Assembly: GCA_963612025.1 (NCBI GenBank) | Contig: CAVDUB010000003.1 | Location: forward strand, 37,235 to 101,234 | Reading direction: 5' to 3' | From: a bacterium | Lineage (GTDB): Bacteria > Bacillota_I > Bacilli_A > RFN20 > CAG-288 | DNA length: 64,000 bases | Part shown: positions 8,768 to 18,140 of the stretch, piece by piece | Layout: every line of letters begins with the position of its first letter | Numbering within the stretch: position 1 is the stretch's first letter | Made by a program: the position numbers and the translations under genes | Notes under the pieces: model-generated | What the model was told of the DNA's origin: nothing | Seen by the model: only the letters and a program-made list of their open reading frames with translations | Databases searched by the model: none

Positions 8768-9421
8768 ATGTTTCAGGAAGAATATGAGAAAATGAGCCGA
8801 GGAGACCGCAATCTCTTTTCGGAAACAGTCAACGATCTGCTCTACCAGTGCTTCATTGTCCGCAAGAGCTATGATCGAAAAAGCAAGATGTTCCGTGCGG
8901 ATCCGGGATATCTTTTCATCGAGAGATATTATTCCGTCTTTGAAGAATATCTTTCCTATATGGATATGACCTTATCCAAGAATGACGAAGATGGCATCAT
9001 CTTTGTCACATCCGCTGTGGAACGAAATCATTACCGCATGGATCCGACGACAACCCTGGTCGTTTTTGCTCTTCGCAGCTTCTATGAAGGCCAGGTCGAA
9101 AAGACTCCGGAGCAGACAGAAGTCATGATGACCTCTGCCCAGATGATGGCACTTGTCCAGGAACTTGGACTTTCCAACCTTTCCAAGCGTCTTTCCTTTT
9201 CGACGATTGCGTCGATTCTTCGCACCTTGGATGGCTTCAATGTCGTCAATCGAATCACCAACAACTACGGCGATCCGACCTATTCCTTCTATATCCTGCC
9301 GACAATCCGCTATGTTCTCTCCAGCGAAAAACTCAATTCTCTCTACACCTATCTGACTGCACCGGAAGAGACAAATAGCGAACCTTCTCTTTTTGATCTG
9401 AACGAAGGAGGAAATGACTGA
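8768..9421 (+). CDS. jetB: JetB/MksE-like small subunit (DUF4194-like)
   Basis: A 217-aa acidic protein starting 2 nt after the jetA stop; its stop overlaps the jetC start (ATGA). Position and size match JetB. Confidence 0.5.
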   Translation: MFQEEYEKMSRGDRNLFSETVNDLLYQCFIVRKSYDRKSKMFRADPGYLFIERYYSVFEEYLSYMDMTLSKNDEDGIIFVTSAVERNHYRMDPTTTLVVFALRSFYEGQVEKTPEQTEVMMTSAQMMALVQELGLSNLSKRLSFSTIASILRTLDGFNVVNRITNNYGDPTYSFYILPTIRYVLSSEKLNSLYTYLTAPEETNSEPSLFDLNEGGND

Positions 9422-12400
9422 TGAAAACATTACAGAGACTTCGTCTCATCAACTGGCACTACTTCACGAATACCACCACGGATATCAAGAATATCACGTT
9501 TTTGACCGGTCCGAATGGAACTGGAAAATCGACAATCATCGATGCACTTCAGATTCTGATTCTCGGTACGACGAGATCGGACAACTTCAATAAGGCTGCC
9601 AATGAAAAAGGCCGAAGTGGAAGAAATATCCTTTCCTACCTCCGCGGACAGACGGGTGTGAGGGATGACGGCTCCATCATCACGCTTCGAAGCGGTACTT
9701 TCACATCCTATATCGCTATCGAAATCTATGATGATGTCGAAAAAAGAACATTCACATTGGGCTGCTGCTTTGATGTGGATGCTTCCTCGGATAAACCAGA
9801 CAAGCACTACTTCTATCTCGATTCCCCATTCCCAGAGAATGGTTTCTCCAACAGCGATACCGCCAAGGACAAAGACAAAGTGCGTCCAATGATGTATAAG
9901 GAACTTTCCGCCTTTGCCAGAGAAAACTACAAAGTAAATCATTTCCGATTCTTCGAGACGGATGCGGATTACCAGGCCTTCATCAAAGAGGCTTTTGGAA
10001 ACTTGCCGGATAAATATTTTTCACTTTTCAAGAAGGCTGTTTCCTTCGCCCCGATTTCCAACATTTCTTCCTTCATCACGGAATATATCTGTGATGCGGA
10101 TTTGAATGTCGATATTTCGCCGATGGAAAAGACCATCACCCAATATCAGCTTCTGGAAGCTCAAGCCAAGAATCTTAAGACCAAAGTGGAATGCCTGACG
10201 AAGATCTCCGAGACCTTCAAGGAACTTCGCTCCTTTGATCGAAAAATTGACATGCTCAACTATGTCAACGCCCGTGTTTCCTATGAGGAATCGAAAAAGA
10301 AAATCGATACGCTCAATGAAAGACTTAAGAAGGACAATGAAAGACTTTCCTTCATCTCTGATGAAATCGGACACTTGGATAGCCAATTGGAAGATTTGAA
10401 TTCCGATCTGAACTCCTATAATGCCAAGAAGCTCCAGAGCGACAACTATTCCCTTACGGAAAAACTGTCTATGAAGAAGGAAGGCATCCTCCGGGAGATT
10501 TCCTCCATCCAGATGCAGGTGAACAATGTCGTTTCGACCATCAGTCAGTACTGCAAGGCCTATGGAGAAGTCTGCAATGAATTTGCTCGCTACTATCAGG
10601 ATTTCGATGCCAATCGCCTTTCCGATAAAATCAAGGAACCTTTTGACGAACTCGTCGAACTGTGTCGTGATGTCTCTTCGGAATGCACGAATCTTCTTTC
10701 GGGAATCAATGAGAACGAACTTGATTTCGAAAGCGTGAAGCTCTTCCGCAATGACATGGAACAGGTCAAGAACCAGTCGATCGCACTGAAGAGTCTTCTC
10801 AATGCGGAATTCTACAACACATCGAGAAAGTTGCAGTCTCTCCAGTCGGATTTGGCTGCGGTCAGCCAGGGAAAGAAACCGTTTGATAAACTCGGTCCTG
10901 TTTACTTGACTATTAAGGATAACCTGGAAAAATCCCTCAAGGCCAGACATTCGGATGCCTATGTGAATATCTATTGCGACCTTGTCGATGTCAATGATAT
11001 GGAATGGACGATGGCTCTTGAAGCTGTTCTTTATTCCCAGAAATTCAATTTCTTTGTCAATCCGAACTACTATGAAGAGGCAAACCGTCTCTTGAAGGAA
11101 TTGGCTGAGACGTATCACTATTATCATGTCTCCCTGGTCGATACGGAAAGACTTCTCCAGAATGATATCCATGCCAACCCGGATTCGATTGCTAAACTGA
11201 TTGATACTTCGGACAAGGGTGCAAGAGCCTATACGGACTATCTCTTGGGAAAAATCAAGAAGTGTACGACCTTCGATGAGGCGAGACGGTCTGGATCCGG
11301 TCTTCTTTCCGATTGCACCGGATATCGATCCTACGCCACATGGTATCTCAACAAGTCCAATGCCCGTGTCTTCTTCTTGGGAAGACAGGTTTCCAGCAAT
11401 GCAAAGGCGGTTTCCAGCGCGGACTATCAGAGCGTGAATCAGCAGTATTCGCTTCTTTCGGAAGCGCTGAATAAGCTTGAGAACCTTCTCAATCTCAAAC
11501 TCATGTCGGATAATGAATGTCTTGCCTATGAGGAAGATATCAAGAGAAGCAAGGAAATCACTTCCCGCCAGGATCAGATCAATGAGATTGACATGGAAAT
11601 GAAGAAGATCGCCCATGGTGATTTGACCATGGTCGATGAAAAAATCTATGAAATCCAGAACACCATCCGCGAACTCAATGACAAGAGAAATAGTCTTCTG
11701 ACCGAGCGTGGACAGATTCTTGCCGATACAAAGAGAATCAACATGGAAGACCTTCCTTCGGCAAATAGCGTCATGAAAGACAATACGACTGCCCTGTCCA
11801 AGTTCGATGAAAAGGTCATCAACGAGGAATATGAGCCGTTCTTCAACAAATTGCTCGATGAACAGGGCCTTACCTTGGCCCAGATTCGTGTCGAAGCCTA
11901 TCGTGAAAGCATCCAGGCTCAGAACAAGACGAATCGTGACCGCGGTGCCTTGATGAAACTGAGAAGCGACTATTGCGCACAATATCATCTCAACTATGAT
12001 GTTCAGAACGAGAAATCCAACGAGGAATTCGATAAGGAACTCGAAAATATCTCTAAGGTCATGCTTCCGGATTATGAGAAGAAGATTGCCAAGGCCCATG
12101 AAGATTCCATCCGTGAATTCAAGGATGACTTCATCTACAAGCTGAGAACAGCGATCGAGACCGTCTATTCCCAGATCGATGAACTCAATAAGGCGCTCGA
12201 GGATTCCCATTTCGGAAGAGATTCCTATCAGTTCAAGGTTTCCCCCAACAAGGACTACATCCAGTATTACAACATGATCATGGATCCGCTCCTTCTGAAG
12301 GCGGGCGATGCAGAAAGTCTCTTCATGGAAAAATACAAGACGACCATGAATGACCTTTTCGGTCTCATCTCCTCTTCGACGAGTGCCACAGGCGAACAAC

Positions 12401-12933
12401 AGGAACAGATTCTGAGAAACATCAAGACGTTTACAACCTATACCACCTATATCATCTTTGACCTTCTTGTCACCAGAGGACAGGAACAGGGTGCACCGAC
12501 AATCTCCTTGGGACGTTCCTTCACCTCCCAGTCGGGCGGTGAAACCCAGACGCCGTTCTATGTTTCCATCTTGGCATCTTTTGCCCAGATGTGCCGTGTG
12601 AATAATGCTGCGGATAGCAATACTCTCCGTCTTGTCTTGTTCGATGAGGCGTTCTCGAAGATGGATGCCACACGTATCATGAAGTCGACACAGCTCTTGA
12701 GACAATTCGGTCTTCAGTGCATCATGTCGACGCCGAGTGAGAAGCTCCGTGATCTTGTCTCCTGCGTGGATATCATCCTTGTCACCATCCACGAAGATAA
12801 AAGAAAACGCTCCTATATCGACATCTATCAGGAAAAGAAAAAGAGAGAAGGACAGGTTGAAGAACCAGTTCAGAAAGAGGAAGAAGGAACCCAGATGCGG
12901 ATTCCGGACGCTTCAGCAAAATCGATTCAGTGA
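9421..12933 (+). CDS. jetC: JetC/MksB-like SMC-family ATPase
   Basis: N-terminal 'LINWHYFTNTTTDIKNITFLTGPNGTGKSTIIDALQILILG' (Walker A, MukB/JetC-like). The 800-aa middle is predicted coiled coil. C-terminal 'SGGETQ', then 'LVLFDEAFSKMD' (Walker B / D-loop) and 'CIMSTPSEK'. Length is 1170 aa. Confidence 0.8.
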   Translation: MKTLQRLRLINWHYFTNTTTDIKNITFLTGPNGTGKSTIIDALQILILGTTRSDNFNKAANEKGRSGRNILSYLRGQTGVRDDGSIITLRSGTFTSYIAIEIYDDVEKRTFTLGCCFDVDASSDKPDKHYFYLDSPFPENGFSNSDTAKDKDKVRPMMYKELSAFARENYKVNHFRFFETDADYQAFIKEAFGNLPDKYFSLFKKAVSFAPISNISSFITEYICDADLNVDISPMEKTITQYQLLEAQAKNLKTKVECLTKISETFKELRSFDRKIDMLNYVNARVSYEESKKKIDTLNERLKKDNERLSFISDEIGHLDSQLEDLNSDLNSYNAKKLQSDNYSLTEKLSMKKEGILREISSIQMQVNNVVSTISQYCKAYGEVCNEFARYYQDFDANRLSDKIKEPFDELVELCRDVSSECTNLLSGINENELDFESVKLFRNDMEQVKNQSIALKSLLNAEFYNTSRKLQSLQSDLAAVSQGKKPFDKLGPVYLTIKDNLEKSLKARHSDAYVNIYCDLVDVNDMEWTMALEAVLYSQKFNFFVNPNYYEEANRLLKELAETYHYYHVSLVDTERLLQNDIHANPDSIAKLIDTSDKGARAYTDYLLGKIKKCTTFDEARRSGSGLLSDCTGYRSYATWYLNKSNARVFFLGRQVSSNAKAVSSADYQSVNQQYSLLSEALNKLENLLNLKLMSDNECLAYEEDIKRSKEITSRQDQINEIDMEMKKIAHGDLTMVDEKIYEIQNTIRELNDKRNSLLTERGQILADTKRINMEDLPSANSVMKDNTTALSKFDEKVINEEYEPFFNKLLDEQGLTLAQIRVEAYRESIQAQNKTNRDRGALMKLRSDYCAQYHLNYDVQNEKSNEEFDKELENISKVMLPDYEKKIAKAHEDSIREFKDDFIYKLRTAIETVYSQIDELNKALEDSHFGRDSYQFKVSPNKDYIQYYNMIMDPLLLKAGDAESLFMEKYKTTMNDLFGLISSSTSATGEQQEQILRNIKTFTTYTTYIIFDLLVTRGQEQGAPTISLGRSFTSQSGGETQTPFYVSILASFAQMCRVNNAADSNTLRLVLFDEAFSKMDATRIMKSTQLLRQFGLQCIMSTPSEKLRDLVSCVDIILVTIHEDKRKRSYIDIYQEKKKREGQVEEPVQKEEEGTQMRIPDASAKSIQ

Positions 12934-12950
12934 CGAAGTGGGCCATTCAA

Positions 12951-12992
12951 GCCTTCAGGTAAAAATGCCTGAAGGCCTGATGCCCTTTTTTG
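12951..12992 (+). terminator. Strong intrinsic terminator directly after jetC
   Basis: Perfect 9-bp stem GCCTTCAGG-taaaaatg-CCTGAAGGC, then ctgatgccc and TTTTTT. Confidence 0.55.
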
Positions 12993-13081
12993 GTGTCCGA
13001 AAACGAAATGAAATGGGATTTTCGTCTTTTTCCGTTATTTTTCCTTCTTCATAGCCCATATCTCTATGAGGAGACATAAAA

Positions 13082-13900
13082 ATGGACTCCAATCCGAAAG
13101 AGACTTCCCGAGAGGATGAACTCTTCCTTACGGAGGAAGAGACAAGAGAAGAGATGAGGAAGACCTGCCTGATGTCGGATATCGTCATGAACTATGCATT
13201 CAGCGGAAACACAGAACTGACGCAGTTCATCCTGAGGATTCTTCTTGAAAGAAATGACATCCATGTCGTGAACGTCAGAACGCAGGAAAGAATATCCCTC
13301 ATCGATTCCGATTCCCATTTCGTCGTCCTGGATATCCATGCCTCAGACCTTCCCCAGAGAGGGATGATTTATGGTGGGCATCTGCTCAGCCGTTATTTCC
13401 GGAAGGGAAGAAAGGATTACCGGAAGATGCCCAAGGTCTATGTCATCTTCCTCATCGACGACTGCAGATTTCCGGAAAGCAAGCTCTGCGAGAGATACTC
13501 CATGACCAGGGAAGACACGCATGAGGAAATGGACCGATCTCCCGAAGTCTATCTCTTCAACATGAAATACAAGGGAGAGAAGAAGAAATTCGTCACCCTT
13601 TTTTCGGACCTCGTGGAGAGCGAGGATAGGAAGATCAAGTATGGAGAAGTTAAGAAGACTATGGTACAATATCACCAAATAAACGGAGGAATGAACGATA
13701 TGATCAACCATCCGCTCGAGAATGCGACGAGACGAGGCATGGAATACGGGATGAAGAAGGGAATGGAAATGGGTGAGATGAAAGCCAATGAGCAATGCTG
13801 TCTGTCCCTATTAAGGGACGGTCTCTATCCAGAAGAGAAGATTGCCGAGCTTCTTCATATGCCTCTATCGAGAGTCCAGGAACTGAAAAAGACGATATAA
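13082..13900 (+). CDS. Rpn-family recombination-promoting nuclease/putative transposase (PD-(D/E)xK, transposase_31-like)
   Basis: N-terminal 'DIVMNYAF..ELTQFILRILL' and 'RISLIDSDSHFVVLDIHA' align to the Rpn D...IEMQ core with an E to D change. 'YGGHLLSRYFRKGRKDYRKMPKVYVIFLID' matches the conserved Rpn middle. The C-terminus has GMEYGMKKGMEMG repeats and an 'IAELLHMPLSRVQELKK' ending typical of this family. Confidence 0.55.
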   Translation: MDSNPKETSREDELFLTEEETREEMRKTCLMSDIVMNYAFSGNTELTQFILRILLERNDIHVVNVRTQERISLIDSDSHFVVLDIHASDLPQRGMIYGGHLLSRYFRKGRKDYRKMPKVYVIFLIDDCRFPESKLCERYSMTREDTHEEMDRSPEVYLFNMKYKGEKKKFVTLFSDLVESEDRKIKYGEVKKTMVQYHQINGGMNDMINHPLENATRRGMEYGMKKGMEMGEMKANEQCCLSLLRDGLYPEEKIAELLHMPLSRVQELKKTI

Positions 13901-14118
13901 GCATAGAGAATATCATTCTTTAGACTTTATTCGAGATACTGAATGATGGATTTAGAGTATCCGAATGAGGCTTTTCGATTTGAAATCGCAATACAATTCT
14001 CAACAAAAGTATAACAATCATAAAAAAATGTAAAAAAAATCGAAAAGGGCTAGCATACTTATAATAGTATATATATAATATATAAGTTAGTAAGCGGTTA
14101 CATAAGGAGGTACTCTCT

Positions 14119-15231
14119 ATGAAACAAGAAATGGTAGCCATGATTCTCGCCGGTGGCAGAGGAACCCGACTGAAATCATTGACAGCCAAGGTCGCAAAGC
14201 CAGCTGTCTTTTTCGGTGGTAAATATCGTATCATCGATTTTCCTTTGAGCAATGTTGCCAATTCCGGCATTCAGTCTGTTGGTGTGGCAACACAATATGA
14301 GTCTACGGATTTGAACAATTATATCGGTTCGGGTAGAAACTGGGGCCTCAACGGCACCAATTCTTTGGCGAGCATTCTCCCTCCAAGAGAGACTCCGGAT
14401 GGCGCAAGCTGGTATTTGGGAACTGCCGATGCCATCTATCAGAACATCGATTGGCTCGATAAGACACATTGCGAATATGTCGTCATTCTTTCGGGCGATC
14501 ACATTTATAAGATGGATTATTCGGATATGCTGAAATTCCACAAAGCGAATACAGCGGACTGCACGATTGCCTGCATTCAGGTCCCGATGAGCGAAGCGAG
14601 CCGTTTTGGCATTGTTGTCGCCAATGAGGAAAACCGCATTGTCGAATTCCAGGAGAAACCAAAGCAGCCGAAATCGGATTATGCATCCATGGGTATCTAT
14701 ATCTTCACTTATGATCTTCTTAGAAAGACATTGGTCGAAGATGCCAAGGATGAAAAATCCGAGCATGATTTCGGAAAGAATATTCTTCCGACTCTTCTTC
14801 ATGCCGACAAGAGACTGTTTGCCTATCCTTTCAAGGGATATTGGAAGGACGTTGGAACCGTTCAGTCTTTATGGGAAGCCAATATGGACTTGCTCAGCCC
14901 GAACTGTGAATTGCAGCTCTTCTCATCAAAGTTCAAGGTCTATTCCGCTGATACGGCCAGCAAACCGCAGTATATTGCCCCCTCGGCCAAGGTAGAGGAT
15001 TCCATTGTCAACCAGGGAGCCCAAATTTATGGCAAAGTCACTCATAGCGTCATCTGCAATGAGGCTGTCATCGAAAAGGGTGCCAAAGTCAAGAACTGCG
15101 TGATTCTTCCCGCTGCCGTTATCAAGAAAGGCGTCAAAGTTGAAAATGCCATTATCGGGGCCAAGACGATTGTCAGCGAAGATGTCTTGGGCAAAGAAGA
15201 TGATGTCGCATTGGTCAACGACGTCAAGTAA
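14119..15231 (+). CDS. glgC: Glucose-1-phosphate adenylyltransferase
   Basis: 'ILAGGRGTRLKSLTAKVAKPAVFFGGKYRIIDFPLSN' plus a C-terminal left-handed beta-helix region. RBS is AAGGAGG. Confidence 0.9.
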   Translation: MKQEMVAMILAGGRGTRLKSLTAKVAKPAVFFGGKYRIIDFPLSNVANSGIQSVGVATQYESTDLNNYIGSGRNWGLNGTNSLASILPPRETPDGASWYLGTADAIYQNIDWLDKTHCEYVVILSGDHIYKMDYSDMLKFHKANTADCTIACIQVPMSEASRFGIVVANEENRIVEFQEKPKQPKSDYASMGIYIFTYDLLRKTLVEDAKDEKSEHDFGKNILPTLLHADKRLFAYPFKGYWKDVGTVQSLWEANMDLLSPNCELQLFSSKFKVYSADTASKPQYIAPSAKVEDSIVNQGAQIYGKVTHSVICNEAVIEKGAKVKNCVILPAAVIKKGVKVENAIIGAKTIVSEDVLGKEDDVALVNDVK

Positions 15232-15245
15232 AGGAGAATAAATTT

Positions 15246-16364
15246 ATGGCATACACTGTTGCAGGTCTCATCGATTGTTTCCAAAACCCATCTTTTGGTC
15301 CATTGACGCAGCATAGACCGATTGCGTCCACATCCATCCTGGGAAGATTCTCTTTCATGGATTTCCATTTGAGCAATTTCCTCAATTCCGGAATTCTCAA
15401 TATCGGCATTCTCTGCCAGAATCATATCCGTTCTTTATCTAAGCATGTTGGAAACGGAAGATCCTGGATTACCAATACGAAGCGTGGTTCCTTGGTTGTC
15501 CTTTATGATGAACCGATGGTCTCCAACCCGGCATACAACACCGATATTGCAGATATTATCGAAAACAAAGTCTTTTTCCGCGAATGTCATCCGGACTATG
15601 TCGTCATTTCCATGCCGAACTTCGTTTATGAAGCCGATTTCAAGAAATTGGTTGATGACCACATCGCGTCTGGAGATCGCATTTCGCTTCTCTATACCCA
15701 TGTCGACAAAGGCTTGAAGAACAATTTCATCGGTGCGAGCAAATTAGGCATTTCCCAGAGAGGAAAAGTCAACCGCATGGAAGCCAATATTGGCGATGAG
15801 GATAGCGGAGATATCTCCCTTGGCTGCATGATTTTGGATTATCCAATGCTTGAATCCCTTGTCGAATATGCAAGATCCACCTCTGTCTTCTTCAATCTTT
15901 CAGATTGTCTGAAATATCTTGCACCGACGGTCATGATCCGTGCGGTGAAATTTGACGGCTATGTCCGTGATTTCGATTCATTGCCGCATTATCTTGAATA
16001 TTCCTTGGAACTCCTCGATCGCAAGGTCTTTGATTCCCTATTTATGGAAGGATGGCCAATCCATACCAGTACCTATGATACGCCTCCAGTTCAGTATCGT
16101 GTCGGATCCGCCGTCACGAATTCCTATCTTGCCAACGGCAGTGTCATCGAGGGTGAAGTCACCAACTCGATTCTCGGCCGTCATGTGAAGGTCGGAAAAG
16201 ATTGCAAGATTATCAATTCCATCATCGGAAACGATGTTGTCATCTCTGATGGCACACATATTGAAAATGCCGTCATCGACCGTGATGCCCAGATACTTCA
16301 CGTCTCCGAAATTGTTGGAACGAAGGATGATCCGATCTATATCGCCAGAGGAGACATTGTATAA
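15246..16364 (+). CDS. glgD: Glycogen biosynthesis protein GlgD (non-catalytic ADP-Glc PPase subunit)
   Basis: Paralogue of GlgC with a degenerate G-rich loop ('GRFSFMDFHLSN'), lying immediately between glgC and glgA as in Firmicutes. Confidence 0.8.
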   Translation: MAYTVAGLIDCFQNPSFGPLTQHRPIASTSILGRFSFMDFHLSNFLNSGILNIGILCQNHIRSLSKHVGNGRSWITNTKRGSLVVLYDEPMVSNPAYNTDIADIIENKVFFRECHPDYVVISMPNFVYEADFKKLVDDHIASGDRISLLYTHVDKGLKNNFIGASKLGISQRGKVNRMEANIGDEDSGDISLGCMILDYPMLESLVEYARSTSVFFNLSDCLKYLAPTVMIRAVKFDGYVRDFDSLPHYLEYSLELLDRKVFDSLFMEGWPIHTSTYDTPPVQYRVGSAVTNSYLANGSVIEGEVTNSILGRHVKVGKDCKIINSIIGNDVVISDGTHIENAVIDRDAQILHVSEIVGTKDDPIYIARGDIV

Positions 16365-16366
16365 AT

Positions 16367-17773
16367 ATGAAGATTCTTTTGGTCACACCGGAATCTCTTC
16401 CCTATGCGAAAAGCGGAGGGTTGGGAGATTTCATCTATTCCTATGGCAAGGCTTTAGCCAAACTTGGACAGGATGTTTCTGTCATCATGCCGCTTTATCT
16501 TCCGATGCGTTCGAAATATCCCGAAATCATGGAAGGATTCTATGATCAGTTCGATTTCAAGATGAGCTGGAGAACCCAGGGCTGTGGCGTCTTTTCCTTG
16601 AAGAGAGATGGAATCACATTCTATTTCTGTGCCATGGACCGTTTTGATCGCGATCAGATGTATGGCTATGGCGATGACAACGAGCGTTTTGCATGCTTTG
16701 TGATGGCCGTCAACACATTCATCACGCGGCACAACGACTATGACGTCGTCCATTGCAATGACTGGCAGGCAGCCATTCTGCCTCTGCTTCTCAAATACAA
16801 TCCGAAATCCATCAAGACTGTTTTGACGATTCATAATCCAGCTTATCAGGGATGGGCAAAAAGGGATGATCTCTCATTGTATTTCAATCTTTCGGTTGGC
16901 TATTATGATTCGGGATTTGTCCGTTTGGGTGATTCGTTCAACTTCTTAAAGTCGGGCATCATGTCCGCCGATAAAATCAATACCGTTTCCAAGACCCATG
17001 CAAGAGAACTCATCAGCGACCACAAGGGTTTTGGCGGAATGGGCGCTATTATCGATTGGTGCCGCCACAATGATTTTTCGGGCATCGTGAATGGGCTTGA
17101 TATCGACATTTGGAATCCAAAGACGGACAAATATCTCGCAAAGAACTATTCTTTGGAAGATGTTGTCGAGGGCAAGAAAGCCAACAAGCGAGCTATCTTT
17201 GAGAAATTGGGCATGGATGTTGATTTCTCAGGACCGCTCTTCTCGGCTATTACACGTCTTTCTGCCCAAAAAGGTGTCGAAAGAATCCTTTCTATCATGC
17301 CTCATCTTGAGGAAATGAATGCGAAACTGATTGTCATTGGCACCGGCGAAATGGAAAATCAGTTCTTGGCGAGCGCCTTGCAGTATAAGAATGTCTATTT
17401 CGTCAAGAGATATGATGAAATCCTGGCCCACCTTCTTTATGCAGCCAGCGACTTCTTCCTTATGCCTTCGTATTTCGAACCATGCGGAACAAGCCAGATG
17501 ATTTCCATGCGTTACGGCACGCTTCCGATTGTCAGCAATGTCGGCGGACTCAATGATACCGTCTTCGATGAGACGAAAGGAGACATTGCCAACGGCTATA
17601 CTTTCTATAATGATGACTACTTCGGCTGCCTGAATGCCTATTATCGTGCCTGCAAAGCCTATCACGAAAATCGCATTCACAAGATGCAGGAAGTCGGCAT
17701 GAAAGGCGACTATTCTTGGGCGAAATCGGCCAAGGAATATCTTGCCTTATATGCATCCATCACGTGGAAATAA
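16367..17773 (+). CDS. glgA: Glycogen synthase (ADP-glucose type)
   Basis: N-terminal 'KSGGLGDF' motif plus a GT-B C-terminal domain. Length is 468 aa. Confidence 0.9.
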   Translation: MKILLVTPESLPYAKSGGLGDFIYSYGKALAKLGQDVSVIMPLYLPMRSKYPEIMEGFYDQFDFKMSWRTQGCGVFSLKRDGITFYFCAMDRFDRDQMYGYGDDNERFACFVMAVNTFITRHNDYDVVHCNDWQAAILPLLLKYNPKSIKTVLTIHNPAYQGWAKRDDLSLYFNLSVGYYDSGFVRLGDSFNFLKSGIMSADKINTVSKTHARELISDHKGFGGMGAIIDWCRHNDFSGIVNGLDIDIWNPKTDKYLAKNYSLEDVVEGKKANKRAIFEKLGMDVDFSGPLFSAITRLSAQKGVERILSIMPHLEEMNAKLIVIGTGEMENQFLASALQYKNVYFVKRYDEILAHLLYAASDFFLMPSYFEPCGTSQMISMRYGTLPIVSNVGGLNDTVFDETKGDIANGYTFYNDDYFGCLNAYYRACKAYHENRIHKMQEVGMKGDYSWAKSAKEYLALYASITWK

Positions 17774-17804
17774 ACAATTCATTGCTGCATGAAGTAAAAA
17801 AATG

Positions 17805-17833
17805 TTTACTTTATTGCAGTCAGGTCTTATAAT
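17805..17833 (+). promoter_or_regulatory. Promoter for rpmF (-35 TTTACT, 17-nt spacer, -10 TATAAT)
   Basis: Read directly. A GGAGG RBS follows before the ATG at 17878. Confidence 0.45.
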
Positions 17834-17877
17834 AAACCTTGCGTTTTAGCATAGTTTGAAATTGGAGGATAAGACAT

Positions 17878-18066
17878 ATGGCAGTTCCAACCAGAAGAAG
17901 AGGCCACGCGAAACAGGGAATGGTCAGACAGAATACCGCTTTAAAGGCTGTTAACACTGTGACTTGCCCAAATTGCGGAGCTGTAATCAAGCCTCATCAC
18001 GTCTGCCCGAGTTGCGGTTATTATAACGGCAAGAAGGTCATGGACGTCAAAGAAAAGGCTGAGTAG
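17878..18066 (+). CDS. rpmF: 50S ribosomal protein L32
   Basis: 'MAVPTRRRGHAKQG' and a CPNCG...CPSCG zinc ribbon. Confidence 0.9.
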   Translation: MAVPTRRRGHAKQGMVRQNTALKAVNTVTCPNCGAVIKPHHVCPSCGYYNGKKVMDVKEKAE

Positions 18067-18096
18067 TTTTAGCCTCTATCAACTTTTGATCAAAGA

Positions 18097-18120
18097 ACCC
18101 ATCTCGTATGGGTTTTTTTG
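18097..18120 (+). terminator. Terminator after rpmF (ACCCAT-ctcgt-ATGGGT followed by T7)
   Basis: Read directly. It overlaps the first ATG of the listed ORF 18108, which argues for a later start of that ORF. Confidence 0.55.
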
Positions 18121-18140
18121 ATAACATCACAAAGGAGTCA

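Noticed and set aside
10021-12792. 923-aa ORF on the minus strand inside jetC
   Set aside because: It is the antisense shadow of the strongly supported SMC ATPase gene. It has no RBS or motif of its own, and its low-complexity composition mirrors the sense strand.
13082-13900. Considered whether the gene after jetC could be a short JetD
   Set aside because: There is no Toprim (E...DxD) or DUF2220 signature. The sequence instead aligns to Rpn/transposase_31 nucleases, so it is reported as a separate finding.
14119-17773. glgC-glgD-glgA without glgB or glgP
   Set aside because: The branching enzyme and phosphorylase are commonly encoded just outside such a block, so their absence from the window is not evidence of an unusual pathway.
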